Origin: Lama guanicoe
Taxonomy: Eukaryota
Length of the DNA stretch: 64,000 nt
Assembly (NCBI GenBank): GCA_013239625.1
Contig: MU054187.1
Span: 4,289,757 to 4,353,756 of the forward strand
Direction of reading: 5' to 3'
A program made the translations under genes and the position numbers. Positions 39,501-53,479 of the stretch are shown here, one piece after another. A model generated the notes under the pieces. That model saw only the letters and a list, made by a program, of their open reading frames with translations. It had not been told where the DNA came from and did no database searches. Position 1 is the stretch's first letter. Each line of letters begins with the position of its first letter.

Positions 39501-39769
39501 GTCAGCATTTTTTCTCCTTATCTTGGGATTAACTCCACAGCAACTCAGCTGGGAAAAGCCAAAGAACATTATAGAACCAAATGCATAATTTCTGTCCCAC
39601 AGTCTTCTTCGTTAATGGGAACACTGGCCCGAGTATGTGTTTGGAGGGAAATTTTTTTCTTCCTTTTTGGTTTATTCTTTACAGTAGAAGAACTGTTTCC
39701 ATGGCCTTCGTCTTAAGTCTTCACCGCTCAATTCGGGTATTTAGTGGGGAAAACAAGCAGGGTGACAGG

Positions 39770-40290
39770 CCAGGCAGCCGGGGACGCTTGCGGCCTCTCG
39801 GAGCCCGCTGAGCGGACCGCGGAGCTGTCCCCACCCTCCACCTGCGCGGCGAGCCGCGCCGCCGCCTCCCGCGGAAAAGCCCCCAGCTCAGCCCCTCTTC
39901 CGCTCGGAGGCTCCCGGGCGCGCATCCTTCCGGCCCTCCCGCAGCACGTTCAGCGGTTTCCTCAGGAGGCTTTACTTTTACTTCTCTAAACCCTTTGCGT
40001 TGTAGACTTATTTCTTCTTAGTAGTTCTCTCTCCTCCCTGACCTCCCTCTGCACCAAAAAAAAAAAAAGGTCATCAGCCTGGGGGGACAGTCCTCCCTTT
40101 GCTGGAAGCATGGGCAGAGAAGTGGCGGAGGGGTCACCAGGCGAAGGGAAGCAGCGAGCAGAAGCGGGAAGCACGTCCGGCCCGCGGGCGCAGCCGGCAG
40201 ATGCGCGGCGCGGGTTCTCCACGTGCGGGGAACCTGTCGGCCGTGCGCCAACGTAAGCGCGGGTCAAAGGAAGAATTTAGAGACGCGTTA
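39770..40290. promoter_or_regulatory. CpG island / candidate promoter or enhancer
   Basis: Two CpG-dense blocks (39770-39960, 40120-40290) around a pyrimidine/poly-A spacer; CACGTG E-box near 40219. Confidence 0.7.
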
Positions 40291-40292
40291 AG

Positions 40293-40428
40293 TGGGGAGA
40301 GAGAGAGAGCTCAGCGGTAGAGCGTATGCCTAGCATGCACGAGGTCCTGGGTTCCATCCCCAGTACCACCACTAAAATAATAAATAAACCTAATTACCCC
40401 CCCCAAAATATTAAATAGTGTAAAAAAA
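40293..40428 (+). mobile_element. Camelid tRNA-derived SINE (Vic-1-like)
   Basis: gctcagcggtagagcgtatgcctagcatgcacgaggtcctgggttccatcccc (A/B boxes), then aataaataaacctaattacccc and an A-rich tail. Confidence 0.9.
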
Positions 40429-40686
40429 GAATGGAAAAACTCTCTGAGAAGTATTTAACTTTCTTTGAAAAATGGAAATTAACTACAATTACTTTTTGAA
40501 TAAAAACAATTTTGAAATCTAGAACTTGTCCTAAATTGATACTCTTCCTCTTTTAAAATACTAAAATACTAAAATGTTAAATATAGTTTTATTCTTTGAA
40601 TCCATAATCTATACATAATATTTTTTCAGTAACATATATAATGACAGAATATTTAATGATAGGAATAAAAATCAGATGAGCTATTA

Positions 40687-40866
40687 TAAAATGGATTAAC
40701 AAGGACCTACTGTATAGCACAGGGAACTCTTCAACTTTTTGTAATAACATATAATAGAAAAGAATCTGAGAAAAGAAAAACATATATATATATATGTATA
40801 GCTGAATCACTTTGCTGTAAACCTGAAACTAACACTGTAAATCAACTACACTCCAATAATTAAAAA
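40687..40866 (+). mobile_element. Short L1 3' end insertion with target-site duplication
   Basis: aaggacctactgtatagcacagggaac...ctgaatcactttgctgta...poly-A; TSD aaaaatcagatgagctatta (40667-40686) / aaaaatcagattgtctatta (40867-40886). Confidence 0.9.
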
Positions 40867-41286
40867 AAAAATCAGATTGTCTATTAGTGAGAGCTGTTTA
40901 GTGTATCATCCTGCGTAATAATAATTGGAAACACCTCCCTATCTAAATGATAACATTAAGAGAACAAATATGGGAAGACTGAGAATGAGTTAAACGTAAA
41001 GAGTTTCTGAAATTCCAATTTTGTAGAATATTCTCAAGGGAAAGTAAAATTGCTCTTTAGCTGAACCAGAGATGAAAGCTGAGCCTCCGTCGAGGGTGGT
41101 TTAGCTCTGCCCAGTGAATGGGATGTACAGTCCCTGAGGCAACAGAATTCAGTCTGCTCTCTCTTCAGTGTAAACACGAGTTAGCCAGACCCTGAGGCAC
41201 AGTTAAGAACCCTGCAGCGCACATCCTCATTTATAAAGTGACTCATCAAGCGCTTCTCCAAATGTGAGCTGCCTGGAAAGCAGTCT

Positions 41287-41370
41287 AACTGAATCACGCT
41301 GCTGTCCACCAGAAGTTAACGCAACACTGTAAACCGACTGCACCTCGGTAAAAACAGCAACAGCAACAAA
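41287..41370 (+). mobile_element. Very short L1 3' tip
   Basis: aactgaatcacgctgctgtccaccagaagttaacgcaacactgtaaaccgactgcacctc followed by an A-rich tail. Confidence 0.6.
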
Positions 41371-42469
41371 GTTTTGCTTCTTCATTAGGATTATTCAGCC
41401 AAAAATGTCTCATAAAAAATTGTAAGCATTTGTCTCACCACTTCATGTCAGGAACACTGTTTAAAATCATTTATTTGCAAGTATATCTAAGTTTCACTTC
41501 TTTCAAAATGATAGGATATCCTGTATTTTCCCTGTAAAACTTTGTGAGAAAGAAGGATGCTAAACTGAGACGAACTACATCAGAATAAATATAAATATTA
41601 GGTGTTTCCAAAGCCACACCCTTTGGCATCCTTGCTGGGATGTTTCTCGGAAATGATGTGACTTCCGTGATCTCTCGATTCTTTTGAAACTCACTTGTCC
41701 CCCTTCCGTGTGTCCGAGTGTTTTCTTTAGTGATTTATATTGGAAATAACAGTACCAAGTGCGTATCTTAAAAATGCACATTCTGTGCCTAAACTGCTGA
41801 TGTTTAGACTCATACGTTTTCCTTTTGCCCTTTTTTTTTCCCTTCTCCTTCACCTGATACCCGCACCTGGGTGTCTAATTCACACTGATGTTAATGTGAC
41901 CCCAAGCTGCACACACTCAAGATGAAAATGAGGCGGCACCCGTAGTGCTTTCAGTGAGGCATCAGGCCTTTGGTCATTGTGATCCGGTCACTAAAGGAAA
42001 GTTCCTTTGTCATGCCAGCCCATTATCTTTATTAGGAAGTTCTGGGCACCATTACCTTCAAACAAGTTCTCAGAAACAGACTGTGACTTCTAATGCCAGT
42101 AAATGGCAAACTCTTCCCTTTCTCCTACCTTACCTGCATGGGGACAATTTCATCATGAAACACACCTTGAGCTTTTCAGTCCATATTTTTGTATTTTTAT
42201 TTTCCATGGATAACAGTGGTTCCTTCTGATACCACAAAAATAGAGAGAAGAGATAAAATATATACGGGGAGGAAAACCATTTAAAAATCTCTATTAGCCC
42301 ACAAACCAGTATAAAAAATCATCTCAATTCAAATTCTGTTTTGATCTTCTAATGTGTTGAAAGAAGGAAGGAAAAAAAGAAAGACGGCAGGGAGGGAGGG
42401 AGGAAAGGACAACCAGGAAGGAATGACAAAGGGAAAAAGGTGATTTGCTCAGAAAAACATGTCTTCTGT

Positions 42470-42680
42470 TGTACTCATTATTTAGCAAGCACAAAGAGAC
42501 TTACTCTGTGTACTTTTAAAATACTAACCCATAGACTCCCCCAAAGAACTCCAACAGGTGGAGACTGTTATGTTCATTTTACAGATGAGTAAACTGAGGC
42601 ACACAGAGCAAGAGTTTGAGGACCTTGTCCAAGGTCATACAGCCAGCCAACGCCAGAATCTGTCCTTAAACGCAGGCAGT
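42470..42680 (-). mobile_element. MIR SINE
   Basis: cattttacagatgagtaaactgaggcaca...ttgtccaaggtcatacagc. Confidence 0.85.
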
Positions 42681-44479
42681 TCATTGGAAATAAATCACCT
42701 TCTTTATAATACCAACAAAAATACTAAATGAATGCATTTTTGAAGCTTATAGCCTAGAGCAAACACTAGAGTCAACAAAGACAGTATCCTTCTAATAAAA
42801 AGAAATTCTGTAAATTTAAGCAAATATGTTTGTCATGATCTAACATGAGGGAAAACGTCTATATAGTTTACCACTTTTCCAGCTACTTTAATGCCTAATC
42901 AGCGCGGTGTTACCACTGTTAAACCTTATCTGCAGTAATCCTTCAATGCTTTAAATTACACCTTAACTCAGAAGAGTAGCATTCTGCTATAGATAAAGAA
43001 ATGGAAATTATAAAAAATAAAATAAAAAATACTTCCAGAAAAAAACTTTATGCCTTTATGCTATAGCATATAACAACTATTTTAGAAAGTTTTCATTTTT
43101 TAATTTTTATCTTTTGATAATCTTAAGCAAAGCAATCATGTCATTGCCACTTTATTTTGTAGCTCCTATGCATTTATTTTAAGGTATTTTCACCCAGGAC
43201 TTCCACTACCACAATTACATGATTAAAAATGATAAACTGGAAAGAATTCCACTTCAAACTGCCAAAGATCAGAGAACTCTCCAATTGGCTCTAAGTATAT
43301 TGACAAGCTGCAGTAAATGAAGCAAAAACACTCCTAAAGGTTGTTAGATCCCACAGAAATGTTGGCCAAGATGGTTTGTTGATGAAACAGACATGATTTG
43401 AAAATGAACTGGGGTGCACCATATATTAATAAGTGACTCTAATAAAGAGTTCCTCCGACATTTCAATGAGAAAGTAGCCCCATATCAAAGATCTATCAAC
43501 TGTTGTAAGTTGACAAGAAGCTTCTGAAAAAATCCTTTTGCTAAAAAGCTGGTAGAGACCGTAGGAAGTCCCAGCAAAGTAACAAATCAGTCACAGAGCC
43601 CTTTGTGTACTAAAATAATCACATGTCCTCCAGTCTACTTCAGTGTGGCCACTGACAATAGATGTGTGAAAAGTGTCACTTGAAACTGATAGTCGAATTT
43701 GCACAGAGTGGATTTTCTAAGCGTAGTGATCTTACCACATTTCGCTTGTAAGAGTTTTAGTTAAATCCACCTTGGTCTTGGATCTGCCTGGCCAAGAAGG
43801 GGTAAGACAGGAAGGGCATCTGTGTTCTAAGACAAAGTAATTTTCTCCGTAGAAATATGTTCAAGTATTTAAGAAATGTCACGTATCATTGCCCTGCATG
43901 TTCAGTGTCAATTTATAGTCAAAATTGAATTTTACCCAAAAGCAGTCTTTTTCACTTACTAATGATGCCAGCCAGTCTTTAAATGTGCCTGGCTAGTCAA
44001 CGGTCCTGAGCAATGCCTCTGACCACTAATTCACAGGGACCCCTGGAAAAAACGAGCCTTGCTACAAAGAGGCCGCGGACGGAGCTTCTGCCTGCCTCCC
44101 CCCATGGCTTCGTTAAGCTGACCCGTTTATGTTTAAAGTTGCTGCTTCTCCCTGGGCACAAGATGCAAAGCAGAACTGGCTACTCTTTGCTGCTCTGTGC
44201 TCTGCAATCCTGCTAGAAGGCTGTCCCTGAGACGAGTATGGCTTTCTGCAGCTTTCTCACAATAATCAAAGGAACATGCAGGCTGCATTTACCAAACACT
44301 GGAGCAGTGCTGTCAGTAACCTTTGCCAGGATCATACCTTCCAGAAGGGGAAGGGAGTCGGGAGCCTAACCATAGTCACACAAGAAAGGCAAGAATCTGC
44401 CTCTCATCACAAGAAGAAAACTGAGTTCTTTACATTCCCTCCCATAAAACATGCAGGGCATGATGTCAACAGATCCAGA

Positions 44480-44568
44480 GACACAAAGAGGAGTCTACAC
44501 TACAGATCTGTCTCCTGTAGGCTGACACAAAGAGGAGTCTACACTACAGATCTGTCTCCTGTAGGTTG
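44480..44568. repeat. 44-bp tandem duplication (2 copies)
   Basis: acacaaagaggagtctacactacagatctgtctcctgtagg at 44481 and 44525. Confidence 0.95.
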
Positions 44569-45155
44569 AAATAGAGATTACTTGTCAAGTTATTGTTATG
44601 TTTCCTATAGCCATGATTTGCTCTCGTACGATTATATGGTAGCAATGAAATCACTTGCTGAGAGAGAAAAAAAATCAGTATCTTCCCATCTCAAGAGTTA
44701 CTTCTCTCAAAAGTTTTCTTGGAAGAATATTTGCCATAAATTAGCATATTCCTAAAACACAGCCCTCTCGTTACCAAGACATGGAAACTCTTCTCTGCAA
44801 ATACGATCTCACAGATGTCTTGGTGATAGCAAACCACAGCCACTAGTCAAAGTCCAGCCCCAAATGTGAAGCATTCACGCTGCCAGAGAGAATATATTTG
44901 GCAGAATTTTATAACAAAGCACAGAGACTGAATAAGTATGATGTATTTTCTAGCAAAGATGCATCTTTGTCATTTGCATATTGTTTGGTGTGTTTGGAGC
45001 TAACTTTGCCTGAATATACGTTAGGGTTTGTAAACAGCGAAGTTTGGGGCTATGTAACAGATTTATTCCCTTCTTGTGCTTTTTATCCTTTAAAAAACCT
45101 GAACAAATTGTTTACATATTTTGAAATCAGAACTAAATTTTCAATAGAGCTATTT

Positions 45156-45236
45156 AATTCTTTTTTTTAAGAGGAGGACTCAGGACCCCGTGTGTACTAA
45201 GCACGTGCTCTACCACCTGAGCTACATACCCTCCCC
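45156..45236 (-). mobile_element. Short camelid tRNA-derived SINE with 15-bp TSD
   Basis: Antisense SINE head (ctaagcacgtgctctaccacctgagcta..ccctcccc); TSD tcaatagagctattt 45141-45155 / tcagtagagctattt 45237-45251. Confidence 0.9.
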
Positions 45237-46793
45237 TCAGTAGAGCTATTTCACACTCAATAAATCTCTTGCCAAAAACCAAAATTCCATCAACTGTTAA
45301 ATAATTAAATAAACAAAAGCAAAGGGCATGCTATAATTTTTATTGTTATCATAATAACACAAAGGAAACCAGATGTTATTCTATAGCATCACTTCCTAGC
45401 CAAAACATTTGAGAATTATGTGAAATTTCTTGAGACAAAATGATACTGAGAAATAGCCTCTTGTATCTGTCTCTATGTCCGTCTACAGGCACTGGAAAAT
45501 TGACAGGATTTCTCAGCACCTTTTCAAATATTTTCATCCTTCTAATCTAAAAACAGAAGTCCTATAGATCAAAAAATAATAACAAATATAGAGATAAACA
45601 GAGGTTTCCGAAAAAGGGATTGGAAAAAAAAAAGAGTGTTTTGGGTTAACATCAACCAGATTTATTTAGTTAGTTTTTGGCTTTGCTCCTGTCTTCTTAG
45701 CGCCAGCTTGCTCTGAGCGTGGAATTCTTTTAGGGAATAAAAAGCCCAGGAATAGGCAGAGACCCCCTGACTTGAAGGAGACCCCTGTGGTCTGAGCAAC
45801 AGTGAGCGGGAAAGAGGGGATGAGAACTCAGCCACAAATCAGATCAGAAGAGTTTAGCCAAAGATGTCTGCAAAGAAATCTGATTCCAGAGTTGGTGACT
45901 CTCTCCCGAGAATGCCAGAGCCCATGCCGTTCTGTCCAAGGGGGCGTCTGGCTTCTTTCAAATGACAAAATCAAAGGAGTTAACTTTGTTTACATTTTAG
46001 AAGGAACTAGCACTCACACTGACAACAGGGACAATGTTTGGGTCCAAGGTTCATTTTAAATAAATGTCTATGGTCCAACAAAATGACCTGACTTAGATGA
46101 CATACGGCACTGGAGATGGGACAGAATACAGGAGGTGGGACAGCCCAGCAGCTCGCTGGCACACGAGGGACACCTGCAAATGCAAAGCCGGGATGGTTCA
46201 TTCAGCCCTGTTCAGAACACAGCCAGCACAGCAAAAAAAAAAAAAGGCTGGTAATAAATAATGGCTTAGTAGTTCTGCAGTTAACAGAAGGGAGCATTTA
46301 ATTAAGTTGCAAATACTGCAGAATACAGATCTGGCTTAACATTAAACTGGATTGGGTGATAACTAATTGGGAACAAATGTGGGGGATTTTATATATTTGG
46401 TTCTTTAAAGCTTCCTTTTTGCCTTATAAATATTTTCCTCACTTGATATAAAAGATATTAAAAGAAATCTGGAAATTGGAACAATCTTGCTTTACCATTC
46501 AGCTGTGAGCCCAGAAGCATCCAGAAAACGGCTCACCTGTTCCACAAATGTCCCTCCATTCCCAAGCTCCTGAGTCCTCAAATGCCAGCACCTCATGATC
46601 AGGAGGAAACGGTCACACTGCAGACGCTATGAAACTCTAGCATCCTCGTTAACTAGCGCAAGTTTTGGAAGATGAGACCTTTCCTTCCAAATCAGCTCCA
46701 ATTCATTTTCTGTCTTTTGTGGGATACTGCGACCCATTCAGCAAATAAGTTTTGTTACTAGGCGGATACATTCATGCCTTTTATTCGCATCAG

Positions 46794-46882
46794 AGACTGC
46801 CCCAGAGTAGCTCCAAGTAATTTCAGGGGCCACACTGAGAAATTTGCTCTGCGGTGTGTTGTCCAACAGAAAAAGAAACCAG
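46794..46882 (+). other. Candidate 89-nt exon
   Basis: ccttttattcgcatcag acceptor and consensus CAG|GTAAGT donor in unique sequence. Confidence 0.35.
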
Positions 46883-48979
46883 GTAAGTTCTATTGCTTTT
46901 TAGTTTTATTTTTGGTTCTGATTGTCTGTGTTGACTAGAAGTCATACGCTGAGCACGTATTACTTTGGAAATGAGAGGAAGTGCCGTAATAGATCTATTT
47001 GTCATCATGAATCGGCATCTACATGGACATAACCTCTCCCATCTCCATTCTTACATGCAGTGTCTCTTCCAGAATTTCTTTCAAAGATTAACGGAGGTGC
47101 ATGTTCTGTATATGTTAGCTGAGAATTCAGAATTGTGGAGCCTAGATTTGTTTCCATCCAGTCCGAGCCTTTCAGCGGTGGTGTGCGCTGCTAGCCTTTG
47201 AAAAAGGGCATTTTACTCATCGCAACGCAGTCCCAACTGGTTAAATGAAACAGGGCACGTTTTCTGGACAATTCTCTTTTCTCTTAGTCACATTCCCCAA
47301 TGCACATGTTGATCATCTGATACGGAGAGAAATCTTAAAGAAATGTTCATCAGTTTTTTGTGTGCAGTAGATAAATGGTCCAATTTGAAGATACATATGC
47401 TTATATGTCATGTATATTATGGTAACATTTTAGGTGAGTTCTTACATTTAACTAATAATTTCCCCACAAATAAATGTAATTGCGTCCTACTCCAGGAATT
47501 TGAGCAATATAGGACCATATCTCTAAACTTGAAATAAGGAGAAATCTGGCACCTATTGAAAATAAAAAGTACCCAGGATGCACAGAGGATTTAGCTTTAC
47601 AATTTGTTTCCTGGGTAAATGCAAAACTCCGCTTCATTTTTGGTTGTTTAAAGTGTATCCCAAACTTCAAATTTCTTGTCTGAGTATTTCATAAAATGAG
47701 AGGACAGAATAGTTAATAGGATTTTTAGAACTCAGAGTCATGAAACCAATTTCCGGGCTTCAAATCCAGTTTTGGGTTTTTTTTGAGTGTTTTTATTATT
47801 CTGTACTTCATTATTTAAAAATCTAGCAGCAATCTATAGCTGACTAATGTCACTACTTTCATTTAGATCAGGGCACTGTCTTAGAGGGAATTCCTGTAGG
47901 ACTGCCAATTCCAGCTCTCTGATGTGGGCTGTAAATAGAGTTCTTCAGCTGTAAACATGCCCTGCCACTTTCTCTTTTGAGGAAAAGTACTCAGCAAATT
48001 ACATTTCAAGTGGTGGCAGGGATAATTAAAAGAAATAATAAGGCAAGTTTGGCTGATTATATGGAAATCATAACACAGTTTAATTAGCAGTGGATAGTTA
48101 CATAAGCCAGCGCATCAGAGGGGATAAGAAACAGCTTGCTAGAGAAGCCATAATGAACCAGCAGAAAACAATCCGGGAGTCAAAAGTGACCACTAGCTTC
48201 CATAGAACAACAGAACTACATATTTTATTAAAATGTGGCATGAAAAATAATATTAACAAAGCTGAACTCTGGAGATTAATAATCAATGAAAGAAATCAAA
48301 ACCTGTCAAAGAACTATCTAAAACAGTCTCCATGTACAGATGGGAAGTTCTATCAAACCTCCAGGAACAGATAATTCTGATTTTAGTTAACATGTTCCAG
48401 AGGATAGGAAGTGATTTAAAGCTTCCAAACATATGTAGGACGTTGGTATTCAAATATGACAAAGACAGACCAAGAAAAAATTATGGCCAACTTTTGCTTA
48501 TGAATACGGACGCAAAAATTCTAAATAAACTATTGGTGGGTTAAGATATAAACATTTAGACTGATGAAAGATGGAAGCATAACATAGCTAGCTTTTCATT
48601 TTCACCCTTTCTTTGCCCTTCTAAAATGATGGATTATAAACATATTTCAGCACTGATTGGAGGGAACTGAAGCAAAGCTCTTGCTGCTTTACGGAAAGGG
48701 GAAGTCATAGCCAAGTTGCTCACAACTCAGGCAGCAGGACTAATGGGTCATAAATTCCTCCTGCCTAGCAATGCCCCAGAGAAGAGTAAATTCAAGGTGT
48801 GTCTACAGAGACAGGACCATTGGCCCGGTGTTCTCAGCTTGCAAATGTTCTGAAGTCCCAAGGGAGACATGGAAGAAGCAGAGAGCCATTGGGTAGAAAA
48901 GATCGGGGGTTGGTGGGTGCCTGACTGTAGCCTGTGTGGGCAATCTATGACTGTGGTGTTTCCTTGGACAGCAGAACCT

Positions 48980-49035
48980 TGACACACACACCTGGAGGAG
49001 GGACAGTGTGACACACACACCTGGAGGAGGGACAG
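48980..49035. repeat. 29-bp tandem duplication (2 copies)
   Basis: gacacacacacctggaggagggacag at 48981 and 49010. Confidence 0.9.
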
Positions 49036-49679
49036 GGAGCCCTCAAACGGTCACAAGGCTCGCAGGGTGAGGGCTCAGAGTCAGAATTAAACCCGATTTG
49101 TAGAAAATGACATTTGAGCTATGGACTCAAATTATACCCAGATTAGTAAAATAAGTCTATATTAGAAGTGTAATGTACCATGCTGGTCTAATTTTTATTA
49201 TAAGACCAGCATTTAGAAATCAACCAATATTACTCTTCATATTAGTATTTTAAGGAGGATAACATTACAATTGTCAAAAAAATGCCAAAGAAATCATTGC
49301 TAAAAGTCACCTTTAATTTGTTGCTAAAAATAAAATCTTTAATTTTTTCCAGGGATGGCAGGATATTCTTATATCATGATCAAAAACCATCAGCTACAAC
49401 CACATTTAATAGCATGACACTAGGGCCATACTCAATATAAGAATAAAACATCATTGACTTTTTCCTGCAAATTTTAGCCAGTGAACAGCAACAAGTAGAA
49501 TAAAGAAAAGCTATAAATATTGAAAAGGAAGAACCAAAATTATTATTATTTGCAGGTGGTATACACTATTAAGAAAATTTAAGAGAGATTAAGTTTCAAA
49601 ACCTAAAAATTAAAGAGAGTTGGGAAAGTAGCCAAAGAGAGTTAAATAATTTTAAAAATATATTCTATCTTTAATAATT

Positions 49680-49880
49680 ATAGTTAACATTTATATCAAC
49701 ACTTAAGCATTTGTAAGTCCTGTTCTAACATATACTACCTTTAACATCACCATATTAAAGATAAGAACATGGAGATACAATGAAATTAAGTGATTTTTTC
49801 CTACACAGCTAGTAAGTGGAGGAGTCAGGAATTGAACCCAGGTGGACTAGCTCTACAGGTCATGCTTTTAACCACCACCT
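49680..49880 (-). mobile_element. MIR SINE
   Basis: acacagctagtaagtggaggagtcaggaattgaacccagg...tgcttttaaccac. Confidence 0.8.
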
Positions 49881-52364
49881 CACGGTGATATGTTTGAAAA
49901 TAATACTAATATTATTATCCAAAAGCTTAACATAGAAAAATAATTTATATGAAACAGGCAGCTCCCACAAGAAGAATAAAACCTTATAAAACTGTTCTTA
50001 AACGTATAAGACAGTTTTTAATGGATGGATTTTTTTTAATGGATGGACTTTCAAAAATGTATTTTCCAGAAATATTATGCAAAATATTATGTTTGTGCAT
50101 ACGCAATTTTTTTCTGAGAAGTGAGGGTTTTATGCTTCAAAAACATTGTCAGGAAGGTTTATAGCTCCCATAGCTTAACTTTGGTTAGAAAAATAAAACA
50201 TTTGAGTAATTTAAGAAACTTACATCTTTCCAGATGGGAAGACAATATGGTAAAGATGGCAGCACCCTACATCCCCAAAGAAATATAAATGTAATGTCTT
50301 TACAATAAAAACACAGATCCCACTTTTAGGAGGGAGGAAGGCAGCTGCCAGAAGACAAAATTTTATGTGGAGAAATAAATGGGCAGTAGAAGGCTAGACA
50401 GTCTTGAAAATAAGACTGGAGGTTGCCATTTCAGTTATTCAAATGGATCATAAAGCTACTGTAACGGGAAATCTATGACTCTTTTATAGTAAAATAAAGA
50501 TTCTAGAAATGAAATCAAATACAAACATGCACTCACAGTATACACACAAATGCACGTGAACACATATGTATACATGTTTTATAATCTAATAATCGTGTCC
50601 TTCACATAAATGGAGAAAATGTAAGTTATTCAATAAAAAGCAATTGGTAAATTAACAACTCACTTTTAAATGAGAAGTTAAACCACTACTTAATACCTAT
50701 ACTAAAATTTAATTCCAGATGAATTATTTAAATGTTTTAATGAATTAAATTTTAAAGCACTGTAAACACTTTAGAAGAAAATGGAATTTTTCCAACAATG
50801 ATGAAGGTGGAGGAAGTTCACAAGACAGCAAAGTCAACAATTAAAAGAAAACTACTCAATTTCTTAATATAAAACTTAAAAGTTTCTTATGACAGAAAGA
50901 ACCTTGGTTGAAGTTAAAACAGACGTAAAAATAAGAAAAATATTTCAATACTTAATAACATGTGAAAATTAAAAAGGTCCCATAAACTTAGGGGGAAAAC
51001 CTGGTCGTTCTTTCACCACAGCAGCCAGTAGCCAGAAGAACCTGTTTTGTGTCTGTTCAGAGCCTCAAAGGCAGGTGACCTCAGCCAATAGGCTTTTCAA
51101 ACCAACCAATCAGGGAGCCGCAGCGCTCGCGCTGGTCCGCCAGTCAGGGGTCCAGCCCACTACGCTGGGTGGCCCAGCCAAGCCAGAATGTGGGGGTCTT
51201 TTCTCCAATGCTGTTAGAGCTTTCTAGGGAAGAATTCCTCTCAATTCCTGCCAGAGGTTGGGAGGTGAACCCTCCTGTTAGAGGAAACTGGGGTGGTAGG
51301 TCTAGTGTCCAAATGTAGAATCCAGTTAATCCTGGTTTTTTTTTTTCCCCGAAGAAACTACTCTTCCATACTCTCATCATCCTAGTTTTGTTTTTATTCT
51401 TTTCTTGTAGCTTTAATGGCATCTCCGGGAGAAAGAAAATAATTACATGTGGTTAGTTCACCTTGCTGAACCAGAAGTGTGTCACAGACTGACTTCTGAA
51501 AAGATAGTAATCTCACGCCTTTCCACATGGAAGATGAGGATTTGCTCTGCTTTACAGTTTTCTTCTTAAGAATGTTTGATAATGATACGGTGTTTGGTTA
51601 TATTATTTGTTACTTTTCTAAATTTAAACAGTAGCTGTATCTTCCTTTTTCAGTTATCATTTGATGGTCACTATGGAACGCACATTGATTCCACGTACCT
51701 TTCCTGTGATGTCCTTATACAGGTTTTTGTTTCTCATTAATTTATTTTCCTTAGGAACAAAAGACTCATGTCCAATATCACGCCCCCAAGATCTCCTATC
51801 GTATCCGTTATCCTAACTGTCGCTTGGCACCTTTTTTTCCGTGGATGCTTGTCTTGCAGAGCCCGACATCTTCCAAATCCAATGCCTAGCAGCTGCTTTC
51901 TCAGCATTGGGCTTTTGTAAAATTTTTGTTCCTTTGACTCTGAAAATCATTGTCCTTTTTAAGTTCTAGGGAATTGTTTTCCAGTATTTTCTCAATCACT
52001 GCCTCTCCTCATTTTCTATGTTCTCTTTTTCTAAAACTGTCAACTGTCAGATATTACACTTCCTGGTTTGATCTGGTAGATCTTTTTCCTCCCCTCTAAT
52101 TCTCTGCCTTGTCTTCTTAAACTTTTTTCTCTACATCCTGAAAATGTTTGCCACTTTGTTGTTCATGCCTTCTATTTAAATATTTTTTCTTTTGACAATA
52201 ATATTTTTAATCTAGAAAAGATCTTTCAAATTATTTAATATCTCTTCATCCTATCCTCATTTTATGAGAAATCACATCTTTTAAAGTTTTTCTTAGTATT
52301 CTAATTAGAGATTTTTCAAAGTTCTCTCCATTTTTCAAAACATGGTTCCTCTACTATTAGCTTT

Positions 52365-52660
52365 CTTTAAATTGAGACATAAGTGACATATAACACTGCA
52401 TAAATTTAAGGTGTAGGACATGTTGGTTTGATATATTTATATTTTCAGATATGATTACCACTACAGCGTTAGCCATCACTTCTATCATGTTACATAATTA
52501 TGGTGTCTTTTTTGTGGTGAGACAGTTAAGACCTAGTCTCTTAGCAACCTCGAAGTGTATAATGCAGTATTACTGTCTGTAATTACTATGTTGTGCGTTA
52601 ATCTCCAGAACTTATTTATCTACTAATTGCAAGCTTTTACTGATAAACAACATCCTCCCA
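52365..52660 (-). mobile_element. L1MA9/10-like 3' end fragment
   Basis: aattgagacataagtgacatataacactgcataaatttaaggtgta...ctcttagcaac...tctccagaacttatttatc. Confidence 0.85.
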
Positions 52661-53479
52661 ATTAGCTCTTTTATTTTATTATTTTTTTACAGCGTTCCAG
52701 AATCATCATCCATGATTCTCTATTTCCTCATGATGTGGTGAGCCTTAAGAATAAAATACATTAAGACTAAAATACAGGCTGGCTGGTGTCGGTTTCCTTT
52801 GCTATGTTCTAGGAAGTTCTGCGTCCTCATTGGAGCCACCTCTTTAATGTGAAGCATTTCTGAAGTCCTGGGTCTCACCTGGGATCTTGTCCTGGGCGTA
52901 TGTGTCGGGGTGGGAGTGACCTAGTGATGAAGCCTCTAGTCCCTCAAGTGTCAGAACAAAAAGTTTTAGTCTGGAAATAACAAGCTTGTAATTTATTTCC
53001 TGACTTACCAGCTTTGGGTAATAGTTCTTCACTGTCCCAGAAAGAAAGGTGAGAACCTGGCTGTCTTTCACTCTTTATCTTTCTTTGCACAGTTACTAAG
53101 AGACAATTCTCTCTATAAACCAAGTTTCCGAGCCAGCTTCCCTGTTTTTCTTTCCCATGTCTCTGTAAGCCTCCTGCTGCTCAGTCACCACTCCGAACCC
53201 CTGACGGCGCTCAAATTTCCTTACTGTTCACTGTCCCTCCCTCTGCGTAAAATCTTCCCTCTCCTGGATAGAATTGTCTTCAGGAACCAGTTTGTATTTA
53301 AGCTAATGTGACAACCACTGGATGCTAAAAAGATGCCTGAGTCAGCTTCCCTAGGAAATCTTTGTATTTTAACTAACTCAGATTAATGGTTCAATCCAAG
53401 CTGCACTTATATGGGCGAAGATGGATTTGATGACTTCAGATTCCAAGCAAGGTTTCTAAGAGGGATACTCTGAACAAGT

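Larger units (their letters stand above)
48240..50960 (+). mobile_element. Fragmented ancient L1ME ORF2 remnants, interrupted by other sequence including a MIR
   Basis: ORF 48332-48544 resembles L1 ORF2 (RPRKNYGQLLLMNTDAKILNKLL); further motifs such as ttattatttgcaggtggtata. Confidence 0.65.
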
